A stretch of 64,000 nucleotides of DNA, taken from the human T2T-CHM13v2.0 reference genome, Homo sapiens. The position numbers and the translations under genes are program-made. A model generated the notes under the pieces. It had not been told where the DNA came from. It made no database searches and was given only the letters and a program-made list of their open reading frames with translations. Each line of letters opens with the position of its first letter. The first letter of the stretch is position 1. Of this stretch, positions 54,859 through 64,000 are shown piece after piece. Location: NCBI RefSeq assembly GCF_009914755.1, contig NC_060930.1. One strand, 5' to 3'.

Positions 54859-55273
54859 TGTCATGGGTTAAATTGTGTCTCCAAACAGATAAGTTTAAGT
54901 CCTAGTCCCTGATATCTGTGAATGTTACCATACTCAGAAAGAGGTTCTTTGCAGAAGTTAAGGTGAACTCACACTGGATTAGTGTAAGCTCTAAATCCAA
55001 TGACTGGATACATACAGGGAAGAAAGCCATGTGAAAACAGAGGCAAAGATGGAGTGATGCATCTACAGGCCAAGCGCCAAGTATTGCCAGAAGCTACCAA
55101 AAGCTAGGAAGAGGCACAGTAGGATTCTTCCCTAGAAACTTTGGAGGGAGCGTGGCCTTACCAACACCATGATTTCAGACTTTTATCCTCCAGAATTATG
55201 AAAGAATAAACTTATGTTGTTTTAAGCCATGCAGTTTGTGGTATTTTTTTAACAGTCCTAGGAAACTAATACA
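54859..55273 (+). mobile_element. MLT1C-type solo LTR
   Basis: tgtcatgggttaaattgtgtc...ggagtgatgcatctacaggccaag...ctaggaaactaataca; TSD g(t/g)tag. Confidence 0.88.
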
Positions 55274-57056
55274 GGTAGAATGAATCCCTACTCTCACTGC
55301 CATGTTTCTTTGCACTCTGTTTCCTCAAGGCCAGTAATTCTCAATGTAGTTCTCTCATCTTTATAGTTTGTGAAATGCCACAAAGATATGGTAACAACTT
55401 GTCTGAAAGTGTCTTGGTGGTGGTGTGTGCTTTATTTTGTCTTTCTGTGTATAGCCATTGATATTTCAGTGGAAAGTTAAAAATGTGTGCCAGGTGCTCC
55501 TAAAGCTGATACTCTATAACTCTCATATTTAATATGTTTAAGCATTTAGGAAACAATTTTCCATTGAAAACTGAATATTCCAAATCAACTGTGGAGCAGT
55601 AGTCAAAAATACCAGGGAAAAGACTAGACGTAAAGTGCAACACTTACTTCAGGAAACCAATGCCTCAAAACCCCTGTATCTTAAGATCCAATAGGCTCAG
55701 TTGTAAGGAACTCCACCTGCCTGCACATTTCTGCCCTTTATCTATGATACCTTCAGGACACTAGAAGGGAGGTAATAATTTTATTATTAATTTTACTGTA
55801 ATGATTTAGGGTCACTATTTGGAGTGCAGCCATAGTACTCTCTTGCCCAGACACCTTCTGATAGAGCGCAAGGAGGGCAGAGCAGGGAGTCTAAGCACAC
55901 AGGCTTAGACACAAGCATTATTGCATCATGCTTCCCTTCAAATTGGCCCCAGCAACAATTAAGTGAGCCAGTATTTACCCCAGGTGAGGAGGCACCTGTG
56001 ACTGACTTCTCCAGCCTCAGAGTGATTCAACAGGAACTGTTTCAAGCAGCAGAGAATGACTGAGGTTGATGGTGGCTTTTACAGAGGCAGCTGGGAATCA
56101 GGGGCTTACAGCTTCATTAGGGTCAATAATCTAATGAACAGGACTCAGGGATTAGATTAATCATTACTACTACATTTATACTTATTATATTTTCTAATTC
56201 AAAAGAATTGTACAATCATTGAAGAATAATTCAAACACTACAGAAATATGTGTAAAGTCAAAGTCCCCATAAACCAGCGTTGTACCCAAAGATAAACATT
56301 GTCATCTGTGTGATACACAAATGTCTAGAAATTTTTTCTCTAATAATATAGCCCCCTCCCCCTTTTTGACAAATTGAGATTGTACTACACTTTTTTTTTT
56401 AACAATTTGCTTATTGAACTTAACAATATGGAGATACCTTTACAATTTTATATGTCTACTTGTCTTTTTTATTTTACTTTTTTAAAACAATGTTATCATT
56501 TTCATAAAAATGAAACATTCCCATTCCAAAATATTTAAGCTATTCAGAAGAGTACAAAACAGGTAGCAAATATATATAATGTAAATAATTAAAAATACAT
56601 CTCATTAACATTTGATGAACTTCATTCCAGCTATTAATTTGTGTACAAATATATGGAGAATAAAAAAAGATATATGGATACATTTATAAAATAATTTTGT
56701 AATATAAATAATATTTAAATAAAAATGTAATTTTACTTTAAACACTAGAAAAATAAATTGAAATAAAATTAATAGAAGTCAGACAAGCAAGTGTCTTCTG
56801 ACAAAGAATTAGTTGGTTAAGGTTATGGAAAAATCCAAAAATCATTAAAAGATTCGGTTCCATTATGTTGTTTTAAACTATATACTTCAAGTACCAACAA
56901 TGTCAATTGACTCTCCCCTATGAAAGATAAGAAAATATTACTCTCATACTGCCTCCCTCTCCTGACTTCTAGATTTGAGTTAAAGCACTATTTTTATTTC
57001 GTCAACCAATCCCGTTATTATTTTGCCTTAGCTTCACATATAAATGCATTTAATAT

Positions 57057-57610
57057 TGTAGCAGACACTACCAAACATTTGTTCTTACCCCTCTTTTCTA
57101 CTCCAAAGAAATCCATTTTGTTCCAGTTCTTAGCCCTTTTCTCATGGCTGTGTGCTTCAGGATAAGCCTAACTCCGAGAGTAAGTCCTAATTAGTCAACC
57201 GCGGTGATCTCATTCTCCTCACCAATGATTGGTTAGTATCATAGGCATGTGGTACAATTCTGGCCAATGAGACATGAGGATAACTAATAACTTCCAGGAA
57301 ATATTTCCTAACTTTTAAAAGGAAACACACAGAAAAAGTCTATTCCTTTTCTGAATGTGATTGCATTTGGCTGTGATGCCTGGATTGTTGCAGCTTCTTT
57401 GAATCCTGAGAGTAGATCTCATAGTTTGAGGACGAAAGAACATAAAGATTCAGAGAAGCTGAGTCCATGATATGTTCACTGGACTCCTAAACTGAACAAT
57501 ATGGAGCTACACTGTTTCTGAAACTTCTTGTTATATGAAGTAATAAATATTGTTTAAGTCATTTTGAGATGGATTTGTTTCTTGAATTCAACATCATCTT
57601 CAAAGCTATC
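57057..57610 (+). mobile_element. Old MaLR LTR (MLT1K/L-like)
   Basis: tgattggtt...ggcatgtggtacaattctggccaatgagacatgag...tgtgatgcctgga...acttcttgttatatga...aataaat...tgtttaagtcatt. Confidence 0.75.
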
Positions 57611-57774
57611 CTAATAAACATAAGTATTTACCACTGATTCTTCTTACTACATATCACCTTATGATTTAGAGAGAATGTGTGTATGTATTTTATATAATCC
57701 TCGAGTAACTTCGTGGCAAGCTTTATCTACTGGGAAAGTTCTATTAATTAGTAATATAACTAACTCACATTTTT

Positions 57775-58000
57775 ACTTCATTCACAAATTTATTGATTGA
57801 TGAATTTGTGTGTGTAAATATATAATCTTGACTGTAGGAGAAGATAGGCAATAAAATAAATAAGGACATTATATGGTGTATAAGAAGGTAATAATTGTTA
57901 TGGCAAAAAGTAGATCAGGAAAGAGGGTAGGGAGAACTATGAATGAAGGGTGGGGTAAGGGTTGCAATTTTAAATAGGGTGGTTGGTGAAAATCCCATTG
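57775..58000 (-). mobile_element. L2 fragment
   Basis: ttcattcacaaatttattga...gggttgcaattttaaatagggtggtt. Confidence 0.6.
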
Positions 58001-59762
58001 TTCTGTGCAATTCTCATGACTTTCCATTTAATCACTTGGATACCCTGTAAATTAATAATTTAACCTAGTTGAGTAATGTCAAACTCCTTTGTTTAATTTT
58101 AGAGTATAAAAAATTTTAATACAATAAATTTGGCCTATGATGCTCTCCTTGGAGAATATTATTCAAGCAGATATTTAATTGTTATCTGAAAGATTGACTC
58201 CATCAAAGTGTGGGAAAATCAACACAGCCTCCCGAGAAGATATTTTAAAATATTTGTTAGAGACACATTTTCCCATGCCTTGGAAGTTAAACCTAATCTC
58301 CATCCTCTCATCCAAACTGTCTTTCAAGTGTCAGTCTGCTGATAAATGAAAAGGAACCTGATATGCACTAACTTTTTGTCTACCTGGTTACTAATTCTTC
58401 AAAACAATAAACAATAACTACCATTTATTGAGGAAAAGATAAATATCAGATGACAAAGCAAACTTAATGCAGAATCCTCCTACAATTTTACAATAATTTT
58501 ATAATCTTTCAAACTTCTCTCTCCCTTGCTTGATTTTACAGATTTATCTCAATAAAGCATTTAATGAAGCAATTAATGCATTTCATTTATTTTTCCAAGA
58601 AGTCACAACTCTTTGTCCATTCACATTTCATTCACTTTCCATAAAATTAAATTATACAATTATAGCAACAGGTAAAATCCATTTAAATCATTTTGGTAGC
58701 AACAAACAGACAAACAAAAAACAACATTTCACATGCAAATCAAAAAAAGTAGGGCTGGGCATTTTTCTTTAAGTACTGCTTATCCCAAGGGACTGTGTGG
58801 CCCTATCACATAACAGAACTAAAACTTTAAAAGCACTAAAGAAAACTGATGATCAAAATCTCTACTACTCCATCTTTTTCCTTTCATCTGGCCAGAGTTA
58901 ATGTGGAAATATTTCAGCTTTGCGTTCCTTTCTGTCATGCTGGACCATGGGGAGGGTGAGGCTCCATCATTGTCAGGCAGGGGGAAATCATCGCCCATGA
59001 CAGGAGAGCAGAGAGACACCAGGATTCATAAGAGCTGGACAACGTGTCACATACACAAGGAAGGCTGCAAGCACAAAGTCAGAGAAAGCTAGATCTGAAG
59101 TTTTTCAATGATATGACCAATGATCAGACTTGGAGAATATTTCTAGAATATTAGACGGAAACCACGAGCTAGACGATCAAAGAAAGACAAAGACAGGGAT
59201 AAATCAAAAGCACATCCAGTCAGTGCCTGGAAGGCTGAGGCAGCTGGGTGCCATCTTTCAGACAGTATTTCTCTCTGACATTTCTCCATTTCTCCAGGTT
59301 AGATCAATGTCCTCTCCCTTTCTTCCATGAGATTTATAACACTGTGTCAATGCTATGTCCAACTCCCTAGGTAAGACTTCTTATCTTAGTAAACATGCTT
59401 GTCACAAGTTAAACAGAAAGACAACAATGTTTAATGCTACTTTGTAGGTATTTCCCAAAGCTCACTCAGAAGTGGAAATAAAATCACAGAAGAAAAAAAA
59501 AACTGGACATTCTCAGGAACCCAAAATGTAGGGGTATAGGTGTTAAGGGAGAGATAAAAGAGAAAAGTTAATATTCAAGTACTTGATCTTTAAAATGGTA
59601 AAAAATTTATATGAATATGTTTTTGGATTTTAGATGTCATCTGCATCTAATCCTCTTGTGACCGTTTTAAAACACGGCCACAAATTCTTTGCGGGGCTGG
59701 GCAGGGATCTATGTCTACTCCTCTTGATTCCGGCCAAGATGTGGCTTCTTTGACAAATAGAG

Positions 59763-60505
<743 letters not shown>

Positions 60506-61027
60506 TAGGGTCCATAGGAAGTGACACAATGACTTGATGGTAAATCCTAAAAGCTCAGGCCACTTCCGCCTGGTGTGCTGGAAAACTCACTCGGGAGCCC
60601 TAAGCTGCCTGACGAGTTCAGCTGCCTTGAGGCCACTATGGAGAGGCTGCAAATAGGGACTCAGGTAAACAGACCCAGGCTTTGAGTCTTTCCAGATGAA
60701 GCGCCAGCAATGGGGAGAGAAGATACACCTTCCTGGCTATGCTTTGTTTGAGTTTCTGACCACAGAAAGTGTGGACATAATAAAATAGTTGTCTTATAAC
60801 ACTAAGTTTGAGGGTATGAGGGTGGTGTGGAGGTGATTTGTTATACAAAAGAAATAACTGAAATATCCCCAATACTCTTGAGTAGTAAAAAAGTATTTAT
60901 TTATGTGTCCCACTATACCCAAGCTGCACACACCCTCAGGCATGCAAACTTTCATTATCTGCCTCTTTCCTTCTGAAGAGAAAAGAAAGTTAAATACTGT
61001 TTTGGCTGAGTTTTCCCTATAACACTG

Positions 61028-61028
61028 G

Positions 61029-61069
<41 letters not shown>
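61028..61069. repeat. (GTT)14 perfect trinucleotide microsatellite
   Basis: Direct reading. Confidence 0.97.
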
Positions 61070-62304
61070 AGAAACTATTCAGAACCTTAAGAACAATCAT
61101 TCCTTAGGAGGATATATAACCTATTCTTGAGGAATATGCTTTGGCCTTGCTATGGCACTCAAAGGTTAAATTAAAGATTATATCATTCAAAACCCTAAGA
61201 GATGGGAAGAGGCACCCACACATGCTTACTCCCATCTGTCTGCCTTTGCCCTACTCTTCTCTGCCTCTCACAGCCTTGTGCAAAGATCATCTGTCATTCC
61301 CAGTTCTGCAAGAGGTATGACGTTCTTGTGTCTGATGCTCAGATTTGGAGCTGCAGATCCTCTCACTAAGAGCCAAGCAGATGGTATCCGTAAATCCAAA
61401 AGCTAGATGAGAAATGGCTTTTATGTAGAAAGATCACTTTTAAATTATCCTATATGTCATGTTCCTGTGAGCCACTTTCTTCCAAATATTCTCAGCAACC
61501 TCTTCATAGATGAATTTACTAAAAACATACTTTCTTTTTAAATGTAAGCCCAAGATAGATAGATGATCCAAGACCCAGATGATTCTATGACTTTCTCTTC
61601 CCATTTCATATATCTTGAAGAAATATTTTAAAAGTACAACAAAGATATTTGACTAACTAAAAAATTTATACACAAGAATACATATTCCTAACGTTTATTC
61701 GGAACTCCCAGATGTCAAAAAATTGTATACTCTAAATGAAAGGTTGCCAATTGCTTTCCTTCTTGAATATTAGGTATATTATTAAAGGAAGTTAAATAAA
61801 ATAATTCATGTTTCGTAAAGGAGTTTGTCATATCTCTGCACCATATAAAGAGAAAAGTAAATCCAGGGATCAAACACTCATAAATAAGAAAAGAAAGGAA
61901 GCTATTTTACTGGTGTCATCCTTAATAGTAAAGAGACAGTGCTAATAGGTTCTAAGTGGCTGCTTATCTAAGCTTCTTAATTTGTAAACATGTAATGGTT
62001 TTGATAATCTACTTCAACCAAATTCAGCTCTATGTCAGGCACTCAAGGCAGAGCACATGATGTGTCCATTGCGAATTGGGGACAGGCACCTTCAAAGCAC
62101 AGACGCAGAGACAGGGATGAGTAGGGCCTACACAGCCTCAGCAATGCTTCCTTGGACAGAAAAGAAAGCAATGAATTCCTGTGAACCTATTCTGAAGCAT
62201 GTGCCAGCATCACTTCCTGAGCTTGAGCCATCAGAAGAATGAGGGATTTCCTGACTTTCAAAGTCCTCCATCCATGCTGGGCAGGCTCATTCCTAAAAGA
62301 AACA

Positions 62305-62595
62305 GCCCCTTCATCTCAGCAGCTTAATACAATATTTCTTGCTCATGTAACAGTGCAGTGAGGGTGGATGGAGGGCTCTGTTCTATGCAGTGATTCAGGG
62401 ACCTCAGATCCATCATCTTCCAGCACCTTGGAGTCCTTTGTTAAATCCTCTCCACTGGGACATCTCACTGGGGATAAGTGAAGAGGTATGAGCTCACTTG
62501 GTCTCACCATCACAGCCTGGATGGTGACACTCATCATTTTGCCTCAGGTTCTTCAGGAAAGAACTAGTCTCATGGCCCCATCTATATGCAAGCTC
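62305..62595 (-). mobile_element. Old MLT1-type LTR fragment
   Basis: atctcagcagcttaatacaatatttcttgctcatg...attcagggacc...gaactagtctcatggcccca. Confidence 0.6.
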
Positions 62596-62708
62596 TGCCA
62601 CAAACATTTAAAAAAAAAAAAAGGTTTCTATTTTTCCAATTTTCCGCAATTGAAAGAGTCTAACGACAGCAGAGAATGATATGGTAGAAGATAGCCTGGA
62701 ATCAGTAG

Positions 62709-62832
62709 TGTGTGTACTAGATAGAATAATCCCCTCACCAAACACCTCCATGTTTAATCTCAGAACCTGTGAATGTTACCTTATATGGCAAAAGGGACTT
62801 TGCAGAAGTAATGAAGTTAAAGATTTTGAGAA
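62709..62832 (+). mobile_element. MLT1D-type LTR 5' fragment
   Basis: agaataatcccc...taatctcagaacctgtgaatgttaccttatatggcaaaagggactttgcaga...gttaaagattttgaga. Confidence 0.8.
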
Positions 62833-64000
62833 CTTTTTAAATTTATTCTTACTTCCCAAGTGGCTACTTCCCTAATCCTGACTAGGAAAATTATCAACTA
62901 AAATCTTACATATTCCTTTAAGATGTAGCCCAATTTGGTGGAAATATATTAACATTTGATGTAGATATCATTGTCACCTCAATAATTTATTCCCATTATC
63001 TGTGAGAAAATGTAAAAGTTTGGCTGAACAATTATAATGTGGCATTTAAACTTCTCATTTACCAACCTTAAGATTTCCAATCTTAGAAACCATATTTAAA
63101 GTAAAGCTCTCAACATGCTATGCTATTCTTAGCTCAGTTAGAAAATGATGCTGGTTATAGCAGCATAGCTATGATGTTGCCATGGTTATCTACCTGTTAA
63201 TGATTAAATTTGCTTCCTTTTATACTTATTAGAATGTATATTTTGAAAATGGAAAAGTTTCAGTGTATTAGAAGATTACAAGATCCAAAGTTCTGAAACA
63301 AAAGTTTGTGTATTAGAAGCCTGTTTAGGCTATGATGTTCAGAAGATACTTCTTGTGTGTCCCCTACGGGTTTTGTTTTATTTTTATTTTTCTCATCAGC
63401 TACAAATGGATAAGCATTTTATGCATCAGAGATTCATTATAATTTCCTGGGAACAGACAAACTTGGTGAAAAATAGTATGAATTATGCAAAAATATAAAT
63501 TTGTTTAAATACCACAAAGCATCAGCAAATTAAATGTTTGTTTCAATTATTTATCAGACCCATCCTCTTGCATCTACACACAAAATTATTGCCATAAGCT
63601 TCCAAGCCAAGCAAAGTTTTAGCATCACAGAAATAAGATTAATGACTGCTAATTTTTTACAGGAATGATTCTAAAACTCATAAGGTAAGATACTTTTTTT
63701 TCAATTTTATTTTTAAAATCACTCAACTGCTTGTCTCTTCTCCACCTTCCAGCACAGCAAATAATTAGTATCCTCACATTTATAGCCATCACTACAAGTT
63801 TTTAGAAAAAGAGCCAAAACTTGGAAACTGTTTACAACATATATATCTGAATCTTTAGATTATTTGGCTCTGTTTGAGATGGAAAAAAAGTAGGGGGTGG
63901 ACTATGAGGTAATGTTTATCTTCCTATGCTTTTCTATTTGTTTATTTCACAGGCATTTCCTGAGTGCTTAATATGTGGCAAGCCCTGCCCTGATGCTAGG

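Noticed and set aside
61028-61069. (GTT)14 as a functional or disease-type repeat
   Set aside because: A common STR class with no gene context; recorded as a feature only.

Overview
AT-rich, CpG-depleted primate (human-like) non-coding DNA, dominated by interspersed repeats: Alu, L1, L2, MIR, MaLR/ERVL/ERV1 LTRs and MER2/Tigger/MER5 DNA elements. No intact protein-coding gene, RNA gene or CpG island is visible, and the supplied ORFs are nearly all repeat-derived or chance. The main structures are a near full-length L1MA-type LINE (23679-34519) carrying a nested MST LTR and a nested, internally deleted L1PB; a complete THE1A MaLR (20430-23027); an MLT2/ERVL provirus remnant (37071-41020); and two triple-nested LTR stacks (53-55 kb and 59.6-60.9 kb). 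Five things are not explained by repeat annotation: an old ~200-bp inverted duplication bracketing an MLT2 fragment (18511-19084), a young 52-bp inverted templated insertion inside L1 ORF1 (26234-26285), a ~1.5-kb unidentified retrocopy-like segment (7640-9180, minus), several splice-site-bounded candidate non-coding exons on the plus strand (52.9-64 kb), and homeodomain-motif-rich unique blocks. I cannot demonstrate a new biological system. Subfamily names come from recalled consensus similarity, not from a database search, and the boundaries of old repeats are approximate.
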